Assembly: GCF_036321535.1 (NCBI RefSeq)
Contig: NC_087436.1
Span: 19,160,001-19,224,000, forward strand
Origin: Camelus dromedarius
Lineage: Eukaryota
Direction of reading: 5' to 3'
Length of the DNA: 64,000 bases
Under the pieces are notes generated by a model, which was given only the letters and a program-made list of their open reading frames with translations, was not told where the DNA came from and made no database searches. The translations under genes and the position numbers were made by a program. The first letter of the stretch is position 1, and every line of letters starts with the position of its first letter. This document shows, one piece after another, positions 25,954-39,321 of this stretch.

Positions 25954-28078
25954 TAATTGACTATTTCCTTATTGGGCCAGTAATGAACTATATTCTTTTT
26001 AGGTAAAGTATTTAAGCTGAGAGAGGAACTCCCTCTAGCCACAAATAAAATGTGTTGTCTTTACTCTGAGAGAACTCTCCAGAAGCTGTCCACTAATGGC
26101 TGGTTAACAGAGTCCCAGAGAATTCTTGTCCCAGGTTTAATACCACTCTGATAATCTCACAGCAATCTCACAACAGCTCTCAGAGAGAGGTTTCCTTTAG
26201 CCACTCGGGGAGGTTTCCTGGACCAGATGTGTTGGGTCCTGGAAGTGCTGCCCACGTGTGCAGAATAGGATGCATCAACTCTGAAGTACTTACCTGTGAT
26301 TTCTCAGGCACCTGCTCTCCTAATCGTGGGCCAAAGAGTCCTACCCTTAAGATAACGCTGGGTGCCGCAGGACGGTGTGTACTGCTTCTGGGTCCACCAT
26401 GGCCAGGGGGTGGGAGACTGATGCAGGATAAACAGAGTTTAAGCCCTGGAGAAACTATCTTTAGTCATTGCTAATTCACACCACTGCATCCGTACAAACC
26501 TCTGTACTGCTAGCCTGTAAATGCCTTGAAGGCTATAAGCATGCTCTCTTCTCTTTTAAGATTTCCTAGGGTCTAACACAGCACTGGCATACAGAAACAG
26601 CATTTGCTGAATAAATGAACTATTTTTGACACAAAATATAATACTCAATGTTTAAAAGTACATTTGTTACTTTAAAAAGTTAAGATTTAATCTTTAAATT
26701 TCTAGAATGTCATATAAAATATATATGAACCAAAAAAAGACACTAGAAAGCCACTTCTTCAATATTTTGATATTTGGATTTAATAAGGTCTCATATTTAG
26801 TCTCTGAATTTATATTCACAAAATTCAAGGGTTCTGCCCCTTAACTCAGAAAGCTCTATGTCAAGTCATATCAGACTTAATCTAGATGTTGTCAGTTATG
26901 CACAACGGAGTGAAAAAAAGAATATTCTCAGGTTTATACAGGGCTTATTAAGAGGCCTAAAAATAAGAGTCAAAAATTTGAACTTTGCAGGTTTAATTGG
27001 GAATTGAAACACTGGGTCAATATGTATCAGTTAAGTTTTGATATCAGTATTATGTCAAGCCGTCACTTGTAAACCCCACAGACACATCAGCGAATTATGA
27101 GGTATCACAGTGGCCTCATTGAATTTATTTCCCAAATATTAACTTTAAGAAAGTAAAGATGAATATCAACACCGCCTCTAATATGCAAACTTTCTAAGAT
27201 GCCCAGTTCAGGCCGCCAGCACATATGGATGTCTCCCTCACGCTGACTCTTCCCAACGCTGTCAAATGCCTTTCACTAATTCTTCCTTAGAAAATGTGCA
27301 AAAAGGATTTTCATAGAGGTCTTTGGAGATTTCCTGTGTCTTCATGTGTGTAATAGGTTGGGTCAAGTAACAATGAAGGAGGAGGAAGGAGGAAGGGCAT
27401 TTTATTTTACATATTTTCCTTCTTCTGGCCCTTGAAAGGGAAAAAGAATAAAAAGGGAAATTATCCCATGCAGATGATGGCAGTGCTAAATTAAGATCAT
27501 ACGTTTGGCTGTGGCAGCTGTAATCTTTTGATTATTGAAGAGATTGTTGGTAATGAAGTACATTTGTAAGAAATATTCTTAGTGTATACTGAATACATGT
27601 ACCAACTGTGAGATATGTGTCTAATAAAATGATAGATTTAGAAATTGCCTGGCACTGAAATTCATGCTTTTCAAACAGCTATTTATAGAAAGAAAAGTGA
27701 TATTTAAGCTACCATAGTAGGCTACTATAATCTGCCTTGTATTACCTAAGATAATAGTCCCATATTTTAAGGTAATGTTGTAAGCCTGCAATTATTTATT
27801 CACACCTAAGCTATATCAATTGGAAGATTTTGGATTGTGCAGGGAAAGAATTATTTTTACAAGAGGAAGACTTCACTGTCATGGCTCAAAGAGCTTGCTA
27901 CGAAACAAGTTAGACTATAGATAAAAATAAACCAAACCAACATGAATTTTTAATAAACAAAAACAAATTTTATGGGAACATTAAAAACAACTATTAATTT
28001 TAATTTTTTCTGTTATGAAATGGAACATCCGTGAATCTGGTCATGTATATGTTTCATCCATATTCTTCTTCCCCGTAG

Positions 28079-28170
28079 GTCCTTAACACTTACATCAAAA
28101 TCTCTACAGACCTGGATGATGATCTCAGCCTGGGGAGAGGCTATGAAGCCACGGCCAAGGTCCTGCAGAG
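28079..28170 (+). CDS. TTC29: TTC29 coding exon, 92 nt, phase 0/2: VLNTYIKISTDLDDDLSLGRGYEATAKVLQ(S)
   Basis: Acceptor ttcttcttccccgtAG at 28077-78 and donor AG|GTAAGT at 28171. Open frame; peptide matches recalled TTC29 'KISTDLDDDLSLGRGYEA.AKVLQS'. Not in the ORF track. Confidence 0.93.
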
Positions 28171-28963
28171 GTAAGTTAGCACATCCTTGTCTTGCTGTCA
28201 CTGGGAATTCACTCAACTGTGAAAGACTTAAATTGTTTGAGGTCTGTCGCTTTCCATTACCGCCTGCTTAAATTTTAAGCAGTGCCCTTCTTAAGTGACC
28301 CTTTCATCATCAGTTATTTTAAACTAATGCAGTCTTTTTAAATATGCTCCTAAACCCTTCTTTGTCTATCCCTCTTTCGTATTATTTTATTTTTGATTTT
28401 TGGTAAGTTTAGCGGTGACCTTGAATGCGAGGGAAAAATCAGGTCACATCTCACAGGTTCGAAGAGCCGATAGCACAGAGGTATATCGTACGCTTCAGTA
28501 ACTGTGGCTCACTGTAACCTTTCCAGATCTCTTCCTTGAGGAAAGTTTCCATCTTATGCTTCAATCATGCTTCTTCCATTAAGACATCTCTCCTTTGAGC
28601 ATATCTGGATAAGCAGTTGGCGCAAAAAAAAAAAAAAAAACAATTTCCTTTAAAATAGAAAATTCAACAAAAGTATACATGAACAACTTTTGATAGAAAT
28701 TTTTCCATAGAAAATATATTATGTGCCCCTCGCTCATTTTATTGTGATCATTGTGTACTCCATTTAATCACTGCATTATATTTAAGCAAGACAGAATGAG
28801 AAAAGCTATTAAAGTTAAGGCCTTGGTTTTTGGTATGTTATATCCAAGATGTAGCTTTAAAAAAATTTTAGTAGTAGTAATAATAATTAGGTATAGATTG
28901 TGTCAAATTCTAATTTCTTCCCATTTGTGTTTCAGTGGTAAACACATACAAGGTGGTGTTTTA

Positions 28964-29272
28964 CAGAAACAGACTCACAAACATAGAAAAGACAAACTTA
29001 TGGTTACCAAGGGGGCAACAGGGTGAGAAGGGATAAATTAGGAGTTTGAGATTTGCATATACTAACTAGTACATATAAAATAGATGAATAAGTTTATACT
29101 GTTGCACAGGGAACAATATTCAACATCTTGTAGTAACCTATAATGAAAAGGAGTATGAAAAAGAATATATGTATGTATATGTATGACTGAAACACTATGC
29201 TGTGCACCAGAAATTGACACAACATTATAAACTGACTATACGTCAATAAAAAAAAGGAAAAAAATTAAAAAA
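28964..29272 (+). mobile_element. 5'-truncated LINE-1 3' end with TSD
   Basis: L1 3'UTR, A-tail and 16-bp TSD acaaggtg(g/a)tgtttta at 28948-63 and 29273-88. Confidence 0.9.
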
Positions 29273-30024
29273 ACAAGGTGATGTTTTAAAAGGTAAAATT
29301 GCTATTCAAAAGATTTAAAATGCCTCGTACATTGAAAGTGGATCATCAATGCATAATTACCATTACCAATATAATCATCATTCAATATTATATAAATAAT
29401 TAATGAAATATTAAAATACAACACCAATGAAATGAAAGGTGCCCTACAAAAAAAAAAAAATGCAATGCAGTCCACGCTGGATGAATGGTTAGGGACAGAC
29501 AGACTTATAAGGAGAGTATGGACATTTACTCAAGGAAGGCAGGGCGAGCCATGGGAAAGCAAGCAACCCATGAGTGTTGTGGTCCTTTCAAATAAAAATT
29601 GATAACCAGTCCATGGACAATCAATCCAGCTATCCCTTAAACTTTTACTTTTCAAATAACTACCAGAAAGAAACATATTTGAAGACAAAAAAGAGACATG
29701 TAAGGATTCAATTTAATGTCTGTTTGGACATACCCACTTTGTGCCTTTTTGTCCGGCTCATTTTGATTATTAAATTACTTGAGTCTGCTGTTAACCCTTC
29801 CCAGAATCAGTAGAAAATGGTTGGATTATTGGTCTTGCTTTGTAGTAGCAGACCTGGCCTAAACCTGTACAATGAAATAAGTGCATCCATTAACATGTTT
29901 ATAAAATAATTTCTACAAAATGACATTGTGTCCCAACATAACTAAAGACATAAAACCTCAAAGAAAAATATTTTCTTTTATGAACATATATTAAGCACTT
30001 ACTGTGTCACAGGACAAGTGTTGG

Positions 30025-30118
30025 ACTGACAGTCTTTATAACTATTTTTGAAATTGATATACTGATAGTCTTTATAACTATTTTGGGTTATTGATAGTCT
30101 TTATAATTATTTTTGAAA
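30025..30118 (+). repeat. Three-copy local direct repeat, unit about 29 bp (actgatagtctttataactatttttgaaa)
   Basis: Copies at 30025-53, 30061-85 and 30090-30118. Confidence 0.9.
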
Positions 30119-33100
30119 CTTCTGGAGACCTGAGTTTATCTTCAGATATTCTCACCTGTTAAACTGGTGTCTCATCTGGAATATGTTGGTCTCCACTCCA
30201 GGATTTGAGTTCTTGATCTGTACACTAAAAGCTAAGGGGAGGGCTGAAAGCAATTATCTGATAAATATTGGCAACAACAACAACAATCAAAATGTGCTCA
30301 TTTGGCTGCTTAAGTACTATTTGGGGTTGGGGGTGTGAAAAAGGATCCAGCTGTATTTGATGCATCATGAAGTAGGGTATGTTTCAGGTAGGATTGGGGG
30401 TGGTTATAGCCCAGCACTCTGAACACTCTAGCAGCCTGCCTTGGCGCAAACATATAATGGGCAAGAAAACATACCCCCATCTCACCTGTATACCAAATGA
30501 AAGTGAATTCCACTTATAAGAATTCCCATCTGCTAAAATACCAATGCAGCCATCAATGATTTGTGCGGTAGATATAGGTTCTTAATTGTATAATGTTATG
30601 TAATGCACAAAAGAGTACAGGAAGTGCTTACTCTGAGGTCATTAGGAAATAGTGTCTTGATGCCACTGCAAACTTTCCACTCCAAATCTGCCGTTTTGCA
30701 GCACTGTTGGTGGTTATGGAGGAGCGCTCAGGGCAATGTAAACCTCGGTATAGTCTTTCACCATTTGTGCAAAAGACCTTTAGAGACAGACAGAGGCTTT
30801 AAAAACAAAAATTCTATACAAGTAGACAACAGCACCTTGGATGTCTGAGAAGCCTTATTAAATCGAGTCCACTAATCACTAGAAGTGCTTTGATACACAT
30901 TTTGTGGTCATTTTTAGAAAATTTTGCTTCAAGGGCTTAGTTTTCTTTGATGCACACATGCACACGCACACACACACAAACACATGTATATCCGTTTCAT
31001 AGTTCTAAACTGTGCTCAGATAAGCAATGACATGCAAACAATGGAACACAGCCAAAACAGAGGAAATTATGGTGGTGGTGACTGAGAAATAAATCAGGCT
31101 GCGAATGAAGCTTAGCTTTACCTCTAAATCTCTGTCTCCTACCCTGTGCAATCCCACAAGTTTCGCTAATGGGAGCCCTATCTCTATAAACATATTTTAT
31201 CTCTTTAAAGGAAATGGAAGAGGATAGCCATGTCTAGGCTAAGTGTGTGTCTAAGGCCATCAGCTGAGCATTCATGAAAGGTGAATAAGCTGTAAGGCTG
31301 GAGGCTTCTAAAATGGTTATAAGAATTTATACTAAGCCTTCAGTTGAAAAACATACCACATTTGCTCAAGACTCGGGACTTGGTAATACAGTTGCCCACT
31401 TGGTAATTGTAGACCCAGTCTTAGTATTAGGGTTATTGATGAAGATTTTAATAGTGAGCTGGGGTATTTTTTGCTATTGGTCTGCATAATATTGATTGCA
31501 GAAGGGTTTAAGTAGCATAACAGAAAATAAGCATTTACAGTGTCTTCCCCGCCCCCACACTTGGAATACTAGTGGGGAAAAAAAAGAGTTGATATTCTAA
31601 AATGTTAACAATTGCCTGTGACAAAGCTATAAAAACCAGAATTATGGTTCATAAAACAGAGAGTGAGTTGAGAAATTACCAAGTAAATATTGTTATTGCA
31701 TAGATAAACAATTTGAGTAAATACAGAGGAGGAAAAATCCTCAATATTCTTCATGGCATTTTTTAGCTCATTTACTGAAATGCTACAACTCTCCAAATAA
31801 GCAGGATGACTTTTAAAAAGAATCTAGGGGGGAAAAAATCACAAAAATGAGAGTTGTGCAAGACAGACTGGTCAGAACTAACCCATCTGTGGGTTTGTTC
31901 CTTACCAACTGTAAATTTTCTCACAAACTTGGGTTAAATTATTTCCTAGAAAACTTTCCACGGTGGAGATCTTGAAATCAATCAGGACAAAGTTTCCACT
32001 GTGAAAATTACCTTTCTGTTATAGCTGAAAATTAATTTCTTCTTGCTTGAGAGAAATGACATGCCCTAGTAATTTTCATATATTCTTTAAAATGGAACAT
32101 CCAGGGTTGATGCGAAATTTCCTAAAAACGACCCCCCCAAAATACATCAAAACATTTCTATTAATTCATGAAATTAAGAATAGCTTTTTACATTTTCTCC
32201 TGTCACTGATTCCATTTGCCTTATTACTTTCATCTGTGGCCCACAAACTTGGTGGCACAATCAACAAACCCCTTAGTGGCTGTTTCATCTCTGCTCTATT
32301 TGATTTCTTCTCTCTGAGTAAATGATTAAGTTTTCATGCATTGATTCAACCAAAATCTATGTTCACTCAACCACATCCTTTATTGATTACTTCTACTGCA
32401 AACAGTAGGCCAAGTGTGATATACATAATTGGACAGTTGTCAGGGGATGTGGGTGTTAACAGTCCTGTTTTCCCAGTTGGAAACTGGAATCACCTTGATA
32501 CACAAATATTCTGCGCTGTTTCATTCTCATTCTTTGGACCGAGGAGTCCTGTTCCTCAGAATATATGTTTTTAACTCTCTAAGGTCTGGTTGAATGAATT
32601 TAATGATTATACCATATAATATGCTGTTCAAGTTGCACCTGTGCACTGCATATAGAAAACCGGAATTAATATTTGTGTAACATTTTAACCTTGTCCTTTA
32701 ACTTACACAAATAATCTGTAGCTTTTCTGTAAGACAATATTTGATTCTTTCCCTTCCAAAGAAAGACTGGTTTCTAAATCTATTGCTAACTTTTAAAGTT
32801 GGAAAGCCTTTCAGCAGCATAAACTGTTTCTATTTCAGATGCTTTATTAACAGCTTTGCTGACTATAGCACCGCACATTCATTGAGTGGAGCATATAATT
32901 TATAAAAGAAAGCCTTTTTCTCTAGCACGAATGTTAGAGCAAGTTCCAGATAATTTTGGATGTTTTAGAGATCTGTTGCTCCTCTGGGAGAAAAACAACT
33001 CAACTCACACAGCAATAGTTTTATTTATACTATTTTGTGTTTCTTGTTCACTGAACTTGCTTTTTTGTTTGTGTATGTTGTGATTTAACAATCCTCAGCT

Positions 33101-33954
33101 AGACAAACCTAATCCAAAATGTGCTTCCATCAAAAATATATCCGCTTTTAGAAACATGAACATAAGTATGCTCCAGTGAATTCATTTTAGCTAAATAAAA
33201 ATGATCATTTTTCCCTAAGGTTTTAAAATAATATGAAAGAAGTCTCTACTTTTTTTCTTATTTCATCAATTTTTCTTTAAACTTGCAGTCCAAGAAAGAT
33301 CTTCGAGTTAACACCAATTTGAGAAAACATTTCTAGTCCTAGAAATCTCCAACTTTGCTTAAAATTCTAAATAGTATACTATTTTATTTACTAATATTTT
33401 TATACCCTCGAGTTCTCTTAATACCATTTTAGTTGTTCCACAAAACAAATATTTAAAGTAATGAGTGCACCTCTCATGGTATTTTACTCCGTATCTGCAC
33501 TTGAAATATTCCTCAAACAATTCATAGTATTTCTGGAGAATTTAACGATGTTTAAGTGTAGAAGATTATTCATAATTTTGTTATGAGAAAGTGAGGACAG
33601 AATCATAAAAGGCAACACTCACACCTTTGGGAATGTAAAATTCCATTCAATATGTAATAACATATACTAATTCTGGTATGTAGAGCATTCTTTTATCAAT
33701 AAGAAAGGACAAAAGAACGCATTGATAGTACCTGATATTCAAGTAAACAAAAAGTTCTATGGCTCTGCCCCTCTAGAAAATAGACACCAGGGCTTTGTGT
33801 TTGTCTTGCACAGTATGCATTCAAATTATGATGTTTAATTCATTACATAATGGAAGATTTTTCAAAAAGTAACACTTAGCTGAATTTTTCTTCTTGACTA
33901 GTGGGAGACAAGTAGAGAGCTGTGGGTGTGATTTCTTTTTATTTCTCTGAGAGG

Positions 33955-34150
33955 TAATAATAATACCAGCCATCATTTATTGAATCACTACTATGTGCCA
34001 GACTATACATATATGCAGTTTTTCATCTCATGAGAACTTACGGCCATTTCAAAAATGAGAAAGAGTGCAGATGTGATTAGTATTATTCATCTAAGAGGCA
34101 AAGCTGGGATTCAAGCCTAGATCTTTCTAATATCCACCATAGCACACATG
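33955..34150 (-). mobile_element. MIR SINE
   Basis: 'catttattgaatcactactatgtgccagac...gaggcaaagctgggattcaagcctagatct'. Confidence 0.65.
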
Positions 34151-34599
34151 GTTTAAGCAAAAAGATTTTAAAGCAATCTAATTTATTTTTACAAACATGC
34201 CACAACATATCTATGAAAGTCAATGTTGTTCTCATCAAATCTTGGGAGGTTATTCAAGTTTACACCTCTAATCCTGCCACTACCTCCTTTAAAAACTTCT
34301 TTGAAATACTTTCTGAGCTTATGGCATATTCTTTTATATAGCCCCTAGAGCAGCACATCATTGTTTGAGAGATGGGTTTCGTCTTTGGGAACAGCCAGAA
34401 GGATCTACAGCCATGTTTAGAAAACATAGAAAAGAATCTCTGTGGGTAATCCTATTTTGGGGCAAAATTCATTAAATTACTTGGGAATGCTTTATACCAC
34501 AACACTATGAAGGAGTTTCCTAAAGAGTAATTTAAAAATGCCATCAGTCTCATCATCAGATGACTTCACTTGGAGGGAACTATCTTCCTTTGCATACTA

Positions 34600-35015
34600 A
34601 TTATGTCCAGACAATTGGAAATACGGATGTGAAGTACAGGGTGAAAATAACAGCTGGAAATACAGATGCGCTGGGCATGTGTACATAGGAGTTAGGACAC
34701 ACCATAGCAGTCTACGAAGTTGCCCATAACAAGCATTTAATGGAGGGGAGAGGAAGGCCTTGGACAGAACTCTGGAAGCAGCCAGCTTTGGGTGGGCAGA
34801 GACCTCAATGTCAGTAAAGTACTGGGGAAATGAGAGATATAGGAAAAATGAGAGAATGGAGATTGGCTGAGCGTGCTAGACGCTAAAGAGGGAGAAACTT
34901 TTGGAGAAAGTTGGATGGTTAACAGCAGCGACCCCCAGTCTGTGCTGAAGACCTGGATTAGGGGGGAGGAGGAGGAAACATGAGAATAGAGCATATAGCC
35001 TGTGACTATAAGCAC
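34600..35015 (-). mobile_element. LINE-2 fragment
   Basis: 'agacaattggaaatacggatgtgaagtacaggg...agctggaaatacagatg...tggatggttaacag'. Confidence 0.6.
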
Positions 35016-36787
35016 ACAGAATGTTTTATGCAGCTTATAGTTCAAAGATGTCTCCCCTCAACGCATATTACCATTTTTCAGATTTGTGTAGATGCTTTGA
35101 GATCACCATCGTATTCCCTAGATTTGGCTCCATATCCTTTTGACTGGCTTTTAAGACTAAATTTACCTGATAATTAGCAATATTGAGTATTTTTTTTTCA
35201 TGTACCTGTTGGCTATTTGTATGTGTTATCAGTGCTTAACACAGTTCATCCCACATACAAATGCATAGATTTATCTCTCCAAATTGAAAGTGAAACTGTT
35301 GAAGGGCAGGAACCATATTCCCCTGTCTCTAGAACATTCTAGGGCATTTGATAGTCTCTCAAAAGATGTTCCTGAAATAAAAAAATATTCTTGATATTAC
35401 TGAAATATTCAGGACACAGTTTATAGCCATGGACTCTAAACATCCAATGACATTCTCATGACTTACCTGGAAACTTACCTCTTTTTCTTTTTTTTTTTTT
35501 TTTTGAAGCTTAATTTTTATGTGTGCTGCATAAATGTTTCCCATCTCAAATTTTCAACCATTTCTTTATTCAAAAATATATGAAAGCCTTATATACACCA
35601 AGCACTCTGCTAGAAACTGTATTTCTTTCTAAGCATTTTGTCCCTTGTCTAGGTGACTTTAGTGATACCTGAGATTTCACTGCTAAGGGACACTTGCAAG
35701 AACAAACTACCTCTCATATTTTATAAATTTTTTAAAGGTTTTATTTTTTTTAGATAACAGCTTTATTGAAATATAATTCATATACCATACAATTCTCCCA
35801 TCTTTTTTGACACTTAAAGACTAGTTTTATTAAATGCTTAGTACAGATCAAAGACCATGGAATAATGATCCTCAGAGCTGCTGTGTTTATTTCCATACAG
35901 ATCATAGAAACACAGCATTTAGACACAATACTTCATTTTAGTCAGTGTTTCAAGGCAGCTAGACATTTTTTCCAAGTCGAGTATGAATCCTAATCTTATA
36001 TAACTCCCCTTGGTTGTGAACATGATTTCCCAACTCATTCTAGTTGATTTTGTAAAACATCCAGACAAATTTTAATTTGGCTGATAGTGATGCTAACACA
36101 AACATTCCATTCATGGGGTTATTTTATGAATATTCTAAATGTACGAAAATGTTTTTGCATGAAGTTATTATTCCATTTACTGACCATTTCTGATGTGAAA
36201 AAATCTCAACTTCTTGCCACTAAAAATCAAATATTACCTTTTATATTACTTTTTCAAGAAGCGCTTTTCCAACTATTTATCGCATATGGTAATAATAGAG
36301 CTCATCAATTATTTATCGTAGACATTCATGGAAAAAATGATTCTGTGGTGAGTTCTGTTTGCTCAGAGATTTGGGTGCATGTTAAATTTTGCTATTTTAA
36401 CTACAATCAGGGAAATAAGAACCACTTTGCAAAAAAATGTGTGAGGTTAGAACTGTTAATATTTTGATGTCCACCATACAACCAGAACAGTGAATATTTG
36501 ATTGCTTTATGGCTACACACACATGACAAAAACACAAAAACAAAAAAAATTAGTTACATTGATTTTTTGCATAAAATTAAATTAAAATGAGTCAATACAG
36601 ATAGAGATTTATTAGTCCTATAAAGTAATTAGACCAGTTTCAAGTTGTTCAGTCTCATTATGTTCCAGTCATATCATGTGCACACATTTATAAGTACAAT
36701 GTGAATTTTAAACTTCCCAGAAAATTTGCATCATTCACTAGCCAATGAACTAACCTAATCCATTACACTGAAGGAGTAGCTTTATTT

Positions 36788-37492
36788 CCGGATTTCACTG
36801 AATCTAAGATTCTTCCTATTGGAAGATACACCTTAACATACCCAAGAAAGAAAAATATTCTAACTAAATTGACATTACTTTTCTTATTGGTTAGAATTTT
36901 GATTTTATACTTAATAAAAGCTACTTTAGACTCATTTATACATAGGTATTTTTATAATTACTCTTGAGAATTCATGTAAAAAGAAAATATAAGCAAAGTA
37001 AATTTATTACACTCCTCAAACATCTTTGCATTCAAAGCCCAATTCTTCTGAATCGCTTTTAAACTCAGAATTGTCACTATCTTTTTTCTCTCATACCTGT
37101 CATCTTTTGTGAAATCAAGAACACTGATGCTATATAGCCTTTCTTAAAATAAGTGCTCCAGTATCACCTCCAGGATTTCTGCCAAGTCATGGACATTCAA
37201 TCTCCAGTTTTTAAGGTGGCACTTTCTTGTCTTCCAGAAAATTTCAGGGAAAGACTTTTAGAAAACAGCGAGTCCCCATATTCCTTTCTGAAATTATCTT
37301 TAAGTAGTTGTGACAGAAAGATCAAAGCATTGCAATCGTAGGTCATCTCCAGGAACACAGATGAGTTCAGCAACAACTGTGACTTGACTGCTCCCTGTCT
37401 GAGATTATAAAATGCCACCTGTTGTGATGGATCGTGATTTCAGAAATGTTAAAATGTGGGAATGTGTGTATTTTAGAATAAGTGAAACATGG
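36788..37492 (-). mobile_element. Kanga/MER104-type (TcMar-Tc2/pogo) DNA transposon fossil with DDE transposase remnant
   Basis: Degenerate TIRs ccggatttcactgaatctaagat (36788) and ttttagaataagtgaaacatgg|TA (37492). The minus-strand peptide LLKDNFRKEYGDSLFSKSLSLKFSG resembles the pogo/POGK-type segment after the DDE motif. Confidence 0.7.
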
Positions 37493-38659
37493 TATTAATG
37501 TTGCTAAATTTTTCTTTAGTTGCAATAACATAAAGATTTGTAGCAAAGCTTCTCTATATGTCATATTTGTCACCATCCTATCTGGAGGTCCTCTGAGTAT
37601 ATCCTTGCTGTATAAACAAAGAGAAATGCCCATGCAAGAATCAACTCAATTGCAAAACAGTGTCTGCATCTCAGAATTTCATCTTGTGTTTTACTAAGGG
37701 ACAGGTGCTCACTGAAAACTATTAACCTATGAAAGCAAAGAGGTAGTTGTAGGGATTCAGAGACATTCAACAGTAAGAGTGCCTCCTTTACTTTACTCCA
37801 TTAAAGAACACCTTATAGGTTTTTCTGTTATTTTAAAACCTCTAAATTCTGGATTTTATCACTTTAATACAAAATGTTAACAGTTCTGACATGATTTAAC
37901 AGTGGAATTGCATATAAGCTTAGATTCACCTTTCTGTTTTAAGGATTGATCAAAAAATAAAAAATAAAAAAGCCAGACATTCAACAAATACTGAATTTTC
38001 TTTAGCATACTTAATTTGGACCCATTATTTTGGAATCCTGTCTTGCCTGGCTCATAATGTTTTAATTCTTTATGGCTCTGAATCAGGAGTCTGAATCAGC
38101 AGTCAAATGTTCCTGGAGGTGGACTTTGTCTTCAGCTGCCTGAGCTGAGTCAGTCAGAGCATTTTTTACCTTGGATGTAGCTGTTTACAAAAATTTCTGT
38201 CTCTTTGGTTGCTCAAAGATTTTTTTCACCTTGGTTGCTAATCTCATTTGCCCCTATGAAAGCGTACCTCTCTCAGTAGACCCTCAAGTGTTCTTCACAT
38301 AGGACATCACTACAATTGGCTCCTAAAAGAAAAGAGCTGATCTCTTTAGACAGCCTTTCAAAGAATTAGCTCCTTGAGAGAGATTTTTAGACTTTTTCCA
38401 CTTCTCTCTTCCCTGACCATTTAGCTCTTAATCCTATGAAACTATGATTTGTGTATCCTTGGAGTAGCATTCAGATCATGAGAAACTAATGCATACTGGG
38501 GACTCAGATTTGTAAAATGAGAGCTGAATTCAAATAATAGAAGTACCCGAATATAATTCATTGAAATTTTAAAAATAATGTGCCCCTCTATTCTTTTTCT
38601 GATGATATTAATTAATTAATTTAATATTCCAGATAGAAGTACATTATTTTTTTCTTCCA

Positions 38660-38990
38660 GTTTCTTTTTTTTTTTTATTGAAGTATAGTCAGTTTACAAT
38701 GTTGTGTCAATTTCTGGTTCACAACATAATGATTCAGTCATGCATATACGTACATATATTCCTTTTCATTATAGGTTACTGTAAGATATTGAATTTAGTT
38801 CCCTGTGCTATACAGTAGAAACTTGTTGTTTGTCCATTTTATGTACAGTAGTTAGTATCTGCAATTCCCAAACTCCCAATTTATTCCTCCACCCCTCTAC
38901 TTCCCCCCGAACCTTGTTTGTTTTCTTGAGGTATAGTTGACATATAGCACTGTATAAATTTAAGGTATACCCCATATTGATTTGACCATT
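38660..38990 (-). mobile_element. LINE-1 3' ends (one of about 250 bp, then a second short terminus from about 38915)
   Basis: Poly-T then 'attgaagtatagtcagtttacaatgttgtgtcaatttctgg...gttccctgtgctatacagtagaaacttgttg'; then 'ttgaggtatagttgacatatagcactgtataaatttaagg'. Confidence 0.8.
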
Positions 38991-39321
38991 ATATTCTTTA
39001 CGAAAGAAAAAAATAGTCAAATTTGTCTTAGTCAGTTTTGGTCATTTGAGTTACTCTAACAGTCACCAAAATCCTAGTGGCATAAAACAGTAAAATCTTA
39101 TTTCTTGTTTTTATAAATTCTTGCTGTTTGCCAGATGCTTGTGCCAGGAGCCGAGACTCTGACTCTCTCTCCTGCCTTGAATTCTAGTTAGATTTCAGAA
39201 TCCTCTGTTTTTATCATATCTGTTCTAATATTTCCTGCAGGTATTTTATGAATCACATAGGCCTCCCCTCAAGGAACTGTTTTCATTTGCAAAGGAATGT
39301 GGAAAATTTCAACCTTTTTAG

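Noticed and set aside
30025..30118. CRISPR-like array
   Set aside because: Linkers are only 4-7 nt, there are no cas genes, and the context is mammalian. It is a local tandem duplication.
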